The position numbers and the translations under genes were made by a program. This document shows, one piece after another, positions 38,701-50,706 of a stretch of 64,000 bases of DNA. The stretch comes from Callorhinchus milii. Taxonomy: Eukaryota. Each line of letters begins with the position of its first letter. Within the stretch, counting starts at the first letter, position 1. The stretch lies in the NCBI RefSeq assembly GCF_018977255.1, contig NW_024704762.1:7254001-7318000 (forward strand). The letters are read 5' to 3'. Under the pieces are notes generated by a model. It was not told the origin of the DNA and searched no databases. It was given only the letters and a program-made list of their open reading frames with translations.

Positions 38701-39914
38701 ACCAGAATTGCAGGTGTGGAAAATATTAGGAAGGGGAAGTGGGAGCTTTAAGTTGTCGAACCTGTGCTGTACTTGAATTAGGAGGATGGGGCAGAGGAGA
38801 GGCTGCTATCCTTGACCAAGGGAGTGCTGGAGGGAACCGAATGGAGGAAGCTTTCAGCTGTCTCTAACCCCCGTCGTTGCCTGACCTGGGAGTGTAGGTG
38901 TAGCAGTGTTTTAATTTCCAGCACCTCACTCCCCTTCCTTCACCTTGATAATGAGAATAAAAATACATCAAATGCATGGACACAGCTAAAAGCAGTTTGA
39001 CGTGTGTGTGCGTGTGTGAGGGAAAGAGGTAAGTGCCTTTATTTTATTACATTGGAGAGATGAATCCTGTGCATCACTAGTCATCCATCTGCGACCTATT
39101 TCCTAGAGGGACCTGGACCTCCCACTCTTGAAAGCTTCTCGCCACATTGATATAAGAAAACCTATTCGGATTCACGATGCATTAATGGGATGAGAGCAGC
39201 TTTCAGGCTAACTTTCATTGCAACAGCAGAGACATTCTGAGAGGAGACCACAAGTGTGCTTGTAAAGAGGATGTAGAGAAAATACTATTGAACCGGAAAG
39301 CATGTTTACTCAGGGGTTGAGTCCTGTGGAATTGGCGTATAAAACCCATTGCTACCGCATTAATAAGTGGGGCATGATGAACTGCTTAGACGTAATGTGC
39401 AGAGCAAGCTTTCAACAAGGGCTTGAAGTCGAGCTGAACGTTTCGGTGGGACGAGGAGACTGGAACTGCCGTACAGCTCTTTCGTTCGTCTATTTCTTTT
39501 AAAGAAAAATTACAAATCGTTAAAGCAACCGAAGACTTTTTTTAAAATAGAAAACAAGAAGTTGTTGCATTTCTGGCTCTCTGGGGGAAAAAAATCTGTG
39601 TGTTTGTATGTGTGACAGACGGACAGACAGGTAAGGTGTTGTTTTAATGGAGACTAAAGGATATTGCACAGAAATGAATATTCGGTTAATTATTTAGCTT
39701 TTTTTCCGGAGAATCTGGGTCAACGTGTAAAATGGATCACCTCCTTTCTATCTTTTGGCTGTTCTGCTTCCAGTCTGTGTTAAACTGATAATAGTTAAGT
39801 TCGGGTTAATTTGTGAATTGTTGTAACTTGCCCTGATGTGGACAAATGGGTCACAGAGAAACTGCCAACGTGAAAGGCGCTGTATAAATGTAAATTGTTG
39901 CTTTTGACTTCCCA

Positions 39915-40315
39915 GTTTGTCAATTTAGTTCAGTTAGTGACCATTTCATCTCTGTTGGTCAGAAGGTTATGAGTTCAAATCCCATTTGGGAATCTGAGCT
40001 CACAGTAAGGTGTTACTTCATTGAGCTCAGTATACCTCCACTGCATTGTCAGAGATGCCGTCCTTGAAATGAAATGCTAATCCAAGGTCCTGTCTGCTTG
40101 TAAGGGGTCAGCAATAGAGAATATTGGTTGAAAAGAGAAGGAAGTTTCTCCTAATGTCCTGGCCAGCAATCCTCCACTTCATGACTATCTGTGAAGTCTT
40201 GTTCACATGGGCTGCTGCATTTGCCTGCAAATACAGTCACTACACTTGATAACAATTGAGGCATCTCAATGATGTGACGTGATAAGGCTCTATATCAAAT
40301 GTAAGATTATTATTG
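39915..40315 (+). mobile_element. Old DeuSINE (SacSINE1-like) copy
   Basis: GGTCAGAAGGTTATGAGTTCAAATCCCA...CTGCATTGTCAGAGATGCCGTCCTTGAAATGAAATGCTAATCCAAGG..GTCCTGGCCAGCAATCCTCC resembles the Deu domain as recalled. Similar copies lie near 22830-23170 and 62150-62500. Confidence 0.6.
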
Positions 40316-43300
40316 TCAATTACCTTTGAAGCACTTAACAATATTCTGTGAAGCGCTTTGAGACGTCTAGAAGACGTGAAAAGCGCTATATCAAATGCAA
40401 GGATTATGATTATTATTTACAGAAGCTGTGTTAGATGCAAGGATTTTTTTTTGCCAGTGAGATTGAGCTCTGTAACACATGGAGGAGTCCCAAATTATAC
40501 CCCGAATCTTTGTATAATAGAACCTAGAAGATCGTGTGCTGAGGCCTGAGCCAGGGAAGAGCCCATCAATCTCTCCATACTTTCCTGGCAGAAGTATCCC
40601 ACTGGCATCAGAAGAAAGGTAATATGCCTTGGTAAGGATTGCTGAAGAGTTGTCTTTTTCTCCCCCTTTGCTGTGGCTGTGAGGTGTTCTTGTCATTGTG
40701 ATTTGAGGCTAAAATCACTGAGAAATCACATTGCCAGGGATTCCCATACAGCCCCAGACCAGACCAGCCATCACTGAGAGATAGACAGCAAGAAATACAA
40801 TGTCTAATGGCATCACTGACACACCAGAGGTATTTGTGTCTGTGCCTCACTTTGGTCTGTAGCTCAGGATAACGAGAAGTAAGCAGTTTCACAAATATCC
40901 TTTTGCATACTCTGGAACGCCATCCCACAGTCCCTTCACATCGCTTCCTCCCTTGCCTCCTTCAAGGTCGGTCTTAAGACCTTTCTCTTCGACCGTACCT
41001 TTGTTCTCCCTCCCACCTCACTGCCTCCCCTCACCCCTACACCCCTCCCCCCCCCCCCCCATGCTCGGGCCCTGATACCTGACTGTTCAGCGCTTTGGGA
41101 TGTCCTCCTGACGTGAAAGGCGCTCTATAAATGTAATTTTGTTGTTGATGTTTGGTGAATATCGGTGCTGCTGAAGATGAGGTATGTAGTGATGCAATTT
41201 TTTACCTTGTCCCTCGTGCCCTCCATACCGCCATCGATGGCCACGCTTATCAGCCACTATGCCCCAAAGCTCTGGAACACTCTCCCTCAAGCCCTGTACC
41301 TTGCCGTCTCCTTCCCCATCTTCAGGTCACGCCTGAAGACCTTCCTCTTCGACCGTGCCTCCCTTTCCCTCTTCCCCTGGCTTGGCATCATACTCCAACT
41401 GCTGTCAAAGGCTCCAGGATGATACCTTGTGTAAGGGATGCTGTATAAGTGCAAGTTGTTGTTTTCTTGGGCATATCGTGGGTTAATGGGCTATCGTACA
41501 TTTCACTCAGTGGCTTCTAAGGGAAGGTATTTTCTCAATGGTTTGGACTGTGACCAAACAGCCTGATCCCCATAGCCTGAGCTCTGTGCTGGTATAGAGC
41601 TTAGCCATTTGGAGAGCAGTATCATTGGAGAGCTTTGTTCACAGTGGCTAAGTTTCATACCCAGAGAGAAACAACGCATTGTATGATCATCTCCTATCTA
41701 CTTTTCGCTGGGAAACAGTCCAGAGATTGTCTCAGGTTTGGATTCCATTAAAATTTTCAAGACTGAGGTGGATAGATTTTTATTAGGTCAGAGTATCAAG
41801 GGATGTGGGGTAAAGGCTGATAATTGGAGTTGAAGTACAGATCAGCCATGATCTAAATTTATGGCAGAACAGGTTTGAGGGGCTGAATGGCCTACTCCTG
41901 TTCCTACGTTCCTTATGGAGCAAGATAGAGATGTCAAAATAGATGCGGTGTCCCTTTCTCTATTCCCCTCCTCCCCATCACCTACCAGCTCCTCTCCTGA
42001 AGAGGAGTTCCATAGGCCCAGGGGTCTCTCAGTATCTGTCACTAAAACCTATTCAGTTGGTGAAATGGCTCAGAGGTGGGATGGGTGAGGAAGATCCAAT
42101 GGGGCAATGGTGGAGCTGGATTAAGTCAGACCCGTGTCATGTGGATGGTGCAAAGTTTAATAAATGGAATTGAATTAAAATCAGAGGTGTGCTTTTCGCA
42201 CAGTTTAAATGTTAAAGACATTTCACACAGACTGAAGGAGATTATACACAAGAATGAGGCTTTAATACAATCAATTGCACTTAAAATATGGGGATATTAA
42301 CCCAACATTTCAAGCAAATTCCATTCATCCAGGACATCTTTACAACTACAGTATTAGTACGTATTCATTTGCTTCATGTTTAAATGGCAATTCTATCACT
42401 GATAAATATTACACTTTGATACATTGCTGTGACAATCATAAAAAAACGATGACTTGGTAGCTGTTTTCTCCTCGAGCTCAATTCATCCTTGCATTTGATC
42501 CTTACATTTAATATAGAGTCTTGTCGCATTGTCGAGGAATCGCAAAGCGCTTCAGAGGATATACTGTAAGGTGGACTTGACTGTGTATTTTGTGGGTTAA
42601 ACGCGGCAGCCAATGGCACAGAGCAATGTCCCACAAACAAACGGCCATGGGAGTCGATGACCAATTTGTAAGGGTCATTTTGGGTTCTTTATATGACAGT
42701 TTGGGTCTTGAGCTCTGGAATTTGTTCCTGGTTATAATGGGAGGGAAGTGGCCGCAGTTGACTTGTTAAAGAGCCACAGCCCTCATTGCATCTGTCGAAC
42801 GAATGCCTTCACAATGAACATTCATTCCCCTGTGATCCATCCAGTGATTTGCCAGGAACCTGAATTTGAATTGGCATTTTAAAAAAAAACAATTTTTTTA
42901 AAAAAAGAAAATTGATCATTAATAACTGAGAATATTCATACAAAAGCTCGGCAAATTTTAATAAGTACCAGTCTGTCTTGCTCTTGAAATCGCAGAAAAT
43001 ATCTCTCTCTACCTCCAGCATCTTAAAGTGGAATATTTAAGGCCGCATGGAGCGAGCGAGCGGGATTACAGTAAAACTCGCATAAGTCTGATCTGTAATA
43101 AATTGTATAATTGTTCAAGTCATACATCTGTCCAAGTCCTGTTGAATTTCCTATTATGAATTTCACATAATACATACTTTGCATAATCATAATAAATGTA
43201 TGATCCCACCTAATTGTTACGACTTGCGTGAGGTTTATTGTAGATGGTTCATATGCAACAGCGGAGCTTGGCGGGCAGATGGCACGTTTCTGGGCTCGAG

Positions 43301-43411
43301 CCCTCTGATTGTTTCAGCTTCAGGCAGAGGTAGGCCATTGGGCCATCTTGTGGCCAATTAATCCCTAAAAGACTTTGTTGGCAAGTTTTTGGCAGGATAT
43401 ACCTTGCGTTA

Positions 43412-44575
43412 TCAAATTGTCAGCTCGAGTAAATGGATTGCTTTCTCACTGTTCTCTGGTTTAGATTCCATGGGCTTCGGGAGAGTTTTCTTGGGGCTCA
43501 GGAGCTTGGAGTTGCGGAAGCTATCCCGCAGTCTGTAGGAACTCTCGGTGGATGGTCCCAAGCTAGATTCGGACCTCTTCAAGAAGTTGAGAGGCCCCAT
43601 GGTCCGCTCACAGCAACAGCACAGCAGGTTAAGGATGGCTTTCTCGATATCCTTGCTACCGAAGGAGGCGATAATAGGGTTGATGGCTGAATTCAGGACG
43701 GCCAGGGCTATGGTCCACTCCATTTTGAGCAGGAGGTTGCATGTCGAGCCCACGCAGAAGACATCGAGGAGGAGCATCGTGAAGAGCGGGCTCCAGCACA
43801 CCACAAAAGCCCCGACGATCATACACACGATCTTGAGCAACCGGAAGGACTTCTTCCTGCTCTTGGAGCAGGCTACCGACTTAGCGCTGGTCTTGACCAG
43901 GTGGTAGATGCTGGAGTAGAGAGCCACGATGCCCATGATCATCAGGCTGAACATGATCATGCAGAAGAGGATGTAGCTCTTGGAGTACAGGGGCAGGAGG
44001 GTGGAACAGTCCTGGAAATTGCAAATGCAGTTCCAACCAAAGAGCGGCAGCAGCCCGATGCAGAAAGCCATCACCCAGCACAGCACGATCAGCACGTACA
44101 CACGGTACGTCTTGTAGGACGAGGCCAAGGGCACCGGCCTCACCATGGTGGTGTAACGCTCCACTGCCATGATGAGCAGGCTAAAGGTGGAGGCGGCCAG
44201 AGCGATGAACAGGACTCCCTCCCTGAGAAGCCACATCCTGCTGCTCAGGCTGAAGGTGACATTTCCCGAGAGGCACAGGTTGACCATGTAGGCCATTCCT
44301 GCCAGCAGGTCACTCAGGGTGATGTTGGCGATGCAGTAGTAAACCCAACGGCGGAAGTGGGTGTTGTTGAGGATGGCCAGGAACACCAGCAGGTTCTCCA
44401 GGACAATGAAGCAGCTGATGAACATCAGGACCACGGTGCTCCAATTGGCTCCGTCGCTGGGCGAGGGACGGTGTTCCAGCTTCCCCGTGTAGTTGTAGTG
44501 CAGCAGGATTATGTTCAGATCGTTGGTCCTCACAGAGGCCAGACAGTGGCTGATGTTCGCTGATGAGCGCTCCAT
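43412..44575 (-). CDS. S1PR4: Sphingosine-1-phosphate receptor 4 (EDG family class A GPCR), single coding exon, 387 aa
   Basis: ATG at 44575 (MERSSANISHC). IILLHYNYTGKL, LENLLV, NITLSDLL, LREG (R3.28/E3.29 S1P-binding pair), ERY, CSTLLPLYSKSY, CWSP. Adjacent to NCLN as in human. Splice acceptor tttgcag at 44656 just upstream of the ATG. Confidence 0.92.
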   Translation of the reverse strand: MERSSANISHCLASVRTNDLNIILLHYNYTGKLEHRPSPSDGANWSTVVLMFISCFIVLENLLVFLAILNNTHFRRWVYYCIANITLSDLLAGMAYMVNLCLSGNVTFSLSSRMWLLREGVLFIALAASTFSLLIMAVERYTTMVRPVPLASSYKTYRVYVLIVLCWVMAFCIGLLPLFGWNCICNFQDCSTLLPLYSKSYILFCMIMFSLMIMGIVALYSSIYHLVKTSAKSVACSKSRKKSFRLLKIVCMIVGAFVVCWSPLFTMLLLDVFCVGSTCNLLLKMEWTIALAVLNSAINPIIASFGSKDIEKAILNLLCCCCERTMGPLNFLKRSESSLGPSTESSYRLRDSFRNSKLLSPKKTLPKPMESKPENSEKAIHLLELTI

Positions 44576-44677
44576 CACTCCACCCTGCTCCTTAGAATTG
44601 GACCAGTGGCTGAACAATCATTCAGGGCCTGCCCTAGACTTCCAATCTCAAAGTCCTGCAAAGACACCCCAGAAAGG

Positions 44678-44900
44678 TGTTAGTCGATTGGCGGATGGCT
44701 TTCTGGGATTAATAATTCCTCCCCATCCTTCCCACAACCCCCCCCCCCCCCAAAAAGGTCACTCAATCCACGACTGTTTATGGGACGCTGCTGTGTGCAA
44801 TTGGCTGCCGCATTTGGCACACAAAATACACTTCTGTGAAGCGCTTTGAGACGTCTCAACGATGTCATGAGGCGCTATATCAAATGCGAGTATTATTATA
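44678..44900 (+). mobile_element. 5'-truncated SINE abutting the S1PR4 coding-exon acceptor
   Basis: TGTTAGTCGATTGGCGGAT.. through GTGAAGCGCTTTGAGACGTCTCAACGATGTCATGAGGCGCTATATCAAATGCGAGTATTATT, collinear with the 11550-11770 part of the full-length copy. Confidence 0.8.
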
Positions 44901-46618
44901 ACTGTCTCAAAGAGCTTCACACTTAATTGCTGTCAAATGTAACGAATGCTGATTTGTAGGCAAACAGGAGCCAATTTGTACACAGATAAAATGCAGAACG
45001 CCTTTTTTTCCTTGAGCAATGTCATGGGATCTTTAAGCATCTCGTCTGAAGGACGGCTCCTCTGACAACGTAGCGTTTCCCCAGCACCACGCTCTAGTGC
45101 TCAGCCGGTACGTCTCAAGTCAAGAGGGGCTTAAACCTATACCCTGCGGAAATGTGTCCCGTTAGGTCCAGCGATGGTGTGGAAAGGCTAGGTATTATGA
45201 AAGATGTCAAAAAAATAATATTTGTGCTTGAATTTTTCTGTCTATTATTAGAAATGGTTTATTGCAACACTGAAATGCAACATCACACACAGCTGGTGTG
45301 AAGAGAATGGCGCAAACAAGCCATGGACTGAGGAGCCAGAGAACTTCATAAACATCCCCCCTTACGCTACTCTCACTGAGCGAGTCGTAGAACCGTAGAT
45401 GTTTTCAGCGCAGAAAGAGGCCATTCGGCCCATCAAGCCTGAAAGAGCTGTCTCAAAGAGCTATCCATTTAGTTTTATATTCTTTTGCACGTGTCTTTTT
45501 ATATTTCCCCTTTATGCAGAAAAACAAGCGTATTTTTTTTTTAAAAACACATTTTTTTTTGTCCTCGTAAAATTTCACTTCCTCGTGAAGGAGCCGTATG
45601 CGCCGTGAGCAGAAAAAGCTGCGAATGTTTCCTGGAGGTCATTAAGGCAACACAAAAACACTGGAGGTTTTTGCACAGGTGTGATAATTCTCTAAAAAGA
45701 CAGCACTTCCCCTTTAAGTGATTTTACTGTGACCTTTCAAACTCCTTTTATCACAACAAGTGAAGTACTCATATATATCTATATATATATATATAAATAT
45801 AATCTGTTTCGAGAGCGGGTCACATACAGAAAAGCATTAGCTCAAACCTACTTCCCTTGTTTTTGAACTCCACTAATTATCACCTGCAAATCTGTACCAG
45901 TTCTTGCTGGTAAAGAAAAAAACGTTTCAAGTTTAATACACGGTCCGTGCGCTTCACATTACTGGCGGGGTCTAAACCACGCTTAGATGGAAAATAAACG
46001 ATAAGCCAGAGATTGCAAAATGACTGCGGTGAAGTTGCTGCGAGCTGCTACCGCATCAATAGATCAGTTTTTGGGTGTAGGTTGATGGCAACGTAGATAT
46101 TTAACCGTACATTTGAGGTGGAGTTAAAAAATAACCGTTGCATTTTGACCTCGTGTTTATAATATAATCTCAAAGCACTTCGTAGATGATTGCTGTCAAG
46201 TGCAGCGACTTACATATTTATAGGCACACGCAAGATCCAATCAATAACAACAATAATCCTTGCAAGGAGCATTATTTCATATAGTGTTTTGTCATATATT
46301 CGAGACGTCTCAAAGCTCTTCACAGGACGCACCGTAAAGTGTAGTGACTGTGCATTTTGCAGGCAAAATTGCGCACAGCAGCGTCCCACACGCAGCCACG
46401 ATTTGGGTGAACAAATTATTATCTTTTTAATTTTGACTGGATTATTAAATCCAACATGGGGCTAGCACCCGCAAACTTTTTTTTTTTTTTTTTTTTGCAT
46501 TCTGTTTAAGGCAGACTGGACTAGCTGTAGTATTCCGAGTCGCTGAAGAGCAGAGTAGGGTTGGGGGAGGTGGGGGTGGAAAAGTGCGTGGAGCAGGTTC
46601 GTGAACAAGTGGACTTAC

Positions 46619-46770
46619 CTCAGCAGTTGATGAAACTAGTCATTCATCTTGCCCCCAGTCCCTCAGCGCTGAGCTGCTCGCTCTGCCTCCTGACCCGCAC
46701 GCAGGCTGCTTTAGCAACTTGTGAAATTTACAGAAGTTGGAACATATATCACGATCCTGCCCCACCCACA
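46619..46770 (-). other. Probable non-coding first exon and proximal promoter of S1PR4
   Basis: Strong donor GAG|gtaagt at 46619/46618, ~2 kb upstream of the acceptor at 44656. TATA-like GATATAT near 46745 and a CACCC/KLF box near 46760. S1PR genes typically have a 5' non-coding exon. The 5' end is approximate. Confidence 0.5.
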
Positions 46771-47802
46771 CCAGAAGCTGAGTGATGATAAGCATATGAG
46801 ACGCACGGATGTGCGGCAGGTTTCAGTCAGTGGGGGCTGCAGCGTATGAGATGTTGAGAGCGAAGCATGGCTTCTGTTATTTCAGTCTGGCTCAGTCACT
46901 AATAATAATCCTTGCAACGCCTCATCACGTCGTGGCGACGCCTCAAAGCGCTTCGCAGGACATACTGTAAAGTGAAGCGACACAAACATTTGCGGGCCAA
47001 ACGCGGCAGGCAATTGCGCGCAACAGTGTCCCACCAGACGGTCGTGGGTTGAGGGTAGCGCTCTCTCTCCCCTGCGGGGTCAGAGGCCTGCGAGTTCAAG
47101 CTTCATGTCGGATCATTGAAGTCATGGTCAAGGCTGACAGCCTAGAGCAGTTATGGGCAGTCCTGGGACTCTGTAGTGCTGAGTACAATTATACAGTGCC
47201 TTTTATATTTAGGGCATCTCAAAGTGTTTGGCTGAGCACCCAAGTTGGGGGAGGGAGCTAAAGAGGATTGAGGGGACTAAACCAACAACGTACCCAAGCG
47301 CTGGACAGACACAGGGCAATGCTCCACACTGCAAGGCTGCAACTGAATGCATTACACGGGACAATGTCCGGCAAGTAAAGGCTGGGCTGCCAATGAGAGA
47401 TAAGGGAGTATTGAATTGAAGGGAGGAATGAGGATCTGTCCCATTTCTGTCTCGGCCTGAACCCGAGACCAAGGTGGAGCAAAGTGGCTGCGAACTGCAA
47501 TAGTGCGGTGGAGGGGAAAAGAAAAACAAGTGACGTACAGGGTTTCTCAGAAAAACTACCAGGTAGTAAACATTCGTCTCTTGTGCAACTCTCAAGTGGA
47601 GTCTGTTACGGTTTTCCTGTTTACTCCTTCAACCGCTTGCTGCCCCTTTCCCAGCTGATAACAATTAAAAGGAAGTGTGCTCACAGCCCAACGGCTGGCA
47701 ACCTGCCTTACAGTTTCTCGCAAAGCACCTCGCAACCGTGTTTGCCAACGAATACAGTGACTACATATGTGTACGGTCACCACGCGTCATAATTTATGAC
47801 AC

Positions 47803-48171
47803 TAATAATCCTAGCATTTGACGTAATGCCTTCTCACATGATTGAGACGGTTTAAAGCTCTTCAGAGAATATACTGCAAAATGGACTGACCGGGTAATTT
47901 GTGGGCGAAACACAACAGCCAATTGCGCACAGCAGTGTCTCACGGTCATGGAATGAGTAACCAAATTTTTGTTTTGGGGATGGAGAGGAGGAAGGGAATT
48001 ATTACCCTCGTAAAGCGATCCCCCAATCAACCAACAACCGGGTTCCGACTCACTGCTGAGTGAACAGAGGCGTGTGTGTGTGGAGAAAGGAAACTTTGTC
48101 CGAGTTTTCGCCCCGAACCCGGGGCCTCTTGCTTGCAAGGCGAGCAATCTAACCGCTACCCTAGGGGACTC
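47803..48171 (-). mobile_element. Full-length tRNA-derived SINE, same family as 11422
   Basis: Reverse-strand head GAGTCCCCTAGGGTAGCGGTTAGA..., same body, AAATGCTAGGATTATTA tail. Confidence 0.8.
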
Positions 48172-50424
48172 TACACGTGAAGGTGTTAGTCAAGTGTAAG
48201 GATCGTTATGGACACGTGGCAGAAATTGCCTGTGCGGCAATTTGACCTGACGCGTGCTTTAGCAGAGGACAGGTGGATCAGTCTCGCTCTGAGCTGTGAG
48301 TTACTCATCTCGGCCCGGAGGCAACGTCAGAGATACAGTTGGCTTCAGTACCCTGGGTGAGGGAAGAGGGAGACCAACAATAGCAACAAATTGCACTTAC
48401 GCAGCACCTTTCACGTCGGGAGGAAGTCTCAAGGCACTGGACAATCAGGCATTTGTATTCGAGCTGGGGGTCGGGAACAGGAGGGGTGGAGGGCCGGGCG
48501 GGTAGGGGTAGGAGGGTAGCCAAATGCACCGTCGAAGAGGAGGGTCTTGAGACGTGGTTTGAAGGAGGCGCGGGAGGGAGCGAGGAGAAGGGACCGTGGG
48601 ACGCAGTTCCAAAGGTTGGGGCGGAGAAGCTGAAGGCCTGAGCTGCGATGATGGGGCGGGCCGGGCGGAGGAGGTCGGGCAGGTCGGAGCCTGCTGAGCG
48701 GAGGGAGCGGACAGGTTGGTTAAAAACAGCCAAGATCCCTCGCTCCCGATAGCGGGCTAGTTACCGTGATGATTAGATGGGGCCATTAACCCTCCCCCAC
48801 CACCACCCGATTGAACATCTGACGACACTGATGGGGGAGCTCAGTGCCGAGAAGAAAATAGACATCACACCCAGCCTGCCAGCACTTTGTGTAACTTTTC
48901 ACCATGCAGTGAGCGAAATACTGGCAGTAACATGGGATTAATCGCAAGCATTTCAACACAGAATTTCTTTCGAGATGTTACACAACAGCCATTTCTTTAA
49001 CCTCTGTCTTCATAGAAATAGATTTCGGCAAAAATGTTTTTGTAAGGAGCGAAGTGTGTGGAAATAGGACCTGTGGACCACTCCCTCAAGAGAATCCGAC
49101 TGAGTTTCAGTGTGTTTGTGTTTTTCGTTTGTTTGTGTGTGTGTTTAGAGGTTTTAAGCGCTCCGAGATGCCGCCATGGGTGAAGGACGCTATATAAATG
49201 CAAGTTGCTCTTGTTTGACCGGACGCTTTTCCTTGAATGTAATGCTCCTTGAATGGCCTCTTTTAAGTGCGAGGTAACTCATTAGGAACCAAAGACATTT
49301 ACACCATTGCGTGCGGGTGAGCGGGTGATTGAGGTCGGGAGCCAGGATGGACGCACACTGGTAGGGTGAGATCAGATGGGTTTCATTTGTGATTGATCTT
49401 AAGTCTTAAGACCAAGAGGGATTCTGCCTTGACCTCCCCTCTCGGCATTTATTCTGCGTCCTAACAACTCTCCACGTTTAACAAATTCTTCCAAATTTTC
49501 CCGTCTTTGCTCCTCGTTTAAATTGATCATAATAATCCTAACAATACTTGCACGTGATGCAGCGTCTTATCACATCGTCGAGACGTCTCAAAGCGCTTCA
49601 CAGGCTATACTGTAAAGGGAATTGACTGTATATTTTGTGGGCAATGTCCTCTAGTCACTGACTCACCGACCAGTAAAGCTCATATCTTAACACAGCAGCA
49701 AGGCTGAACAGGATAACTCACCCAGACTGCACTGAGCAGCGTTCAGTGATAAACACAAGTGTCTCGGTTGGTGTCTGAGAATTCGAGTCAGTGACAATTC
49801 TCCCCTATTCACTGCGCGGCTGTCTGGGTTGCACATGGCTGTGCGCCAACTGACTGCCACATTCGCTTACAAAATGCACAGCCACTACACTTTACAGCAA
49901 ATTTACAGACGTCTCGACGACGTGAAAAGACTCTATATCAAATCCAAGGATTATTACTATTACGATCAATGTAAACGAGGAGCAAAGAGGTAGAGCTTAG
50001 GAAGAATTTGTTACACGAGGAGAGTTGTTGGGATGCAGAACGGTAGCAACAACAAGGACCATTGGACTTTTATCCCAGTCTGTCTATCTGAAGCGCTTTG
50101 AGACATTCCCTTAGGTGACAGTCTGAGGTGACAGGCAAAGTTCTCGTTGCTTTTTCCGTGAGAAGTTATCAGCAGCTGCAGATTTTCCGCTTGTCTCTTG
50201 ATTTTTTTCTATTCCAAATTGGGCAACGGTTCCATTGCTCGGCAAAGGGGCACGTTTTAAGATCTTATCTTTCCTTTATCACCACCACAGGCAAAGTTCC
50301 CAGAAAAAACAAAACCGGTTGGGGCCCCCGAGTCAGACGCTCTTTTTGCCTGGACTGAAATGATCTGATATTCAGCAGCAATTTTCACTTCAACGAACAT
50401 CTCCAGATGCTTATTATTAATAGA

Positions 50425-50706
50425 AATGATAATAAAATCCTTGCATTTTATGCAGCGCCCAATCACATCGTTCAGACGTCTCAAAGCCCTTCACAGAATA
50501 AGTTGCAAAGTGGATTGACTGTGTTTTGTGGGTGAAATGCATCAAAAATTGTGCAATTTGTCCCACGCAGTTGTGGATTGAGTGACATCAACAGACGTGT
50601 GTGGTGATGTACGGAAACTCGCCTGAGGTTGTGCCCTGCCCGGGAATCGAACCTGGGTCTCTCGTTTGCGAGGCGAGCTTTCTAACCACTACCCTAGGGG
50701 TCTCCA
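50425..50706 (-). mobile_element. tRNA-derived SINE, same family
   Basis: Head GGAGACCCCTAGGGTAGTGGTTAGA...GGTTCGATTCCC; tail GAGACGTCTGAACGATGTG..GCGCTGCATAAAATGCAAGGATT. Confidence 0.78.

Noticed and set aside
43901-44563. 220-aa plus-strand ORF
   Set aside because: Antisense shadow of the GC3-rich S1PR4 coding sequence; no independent signals.
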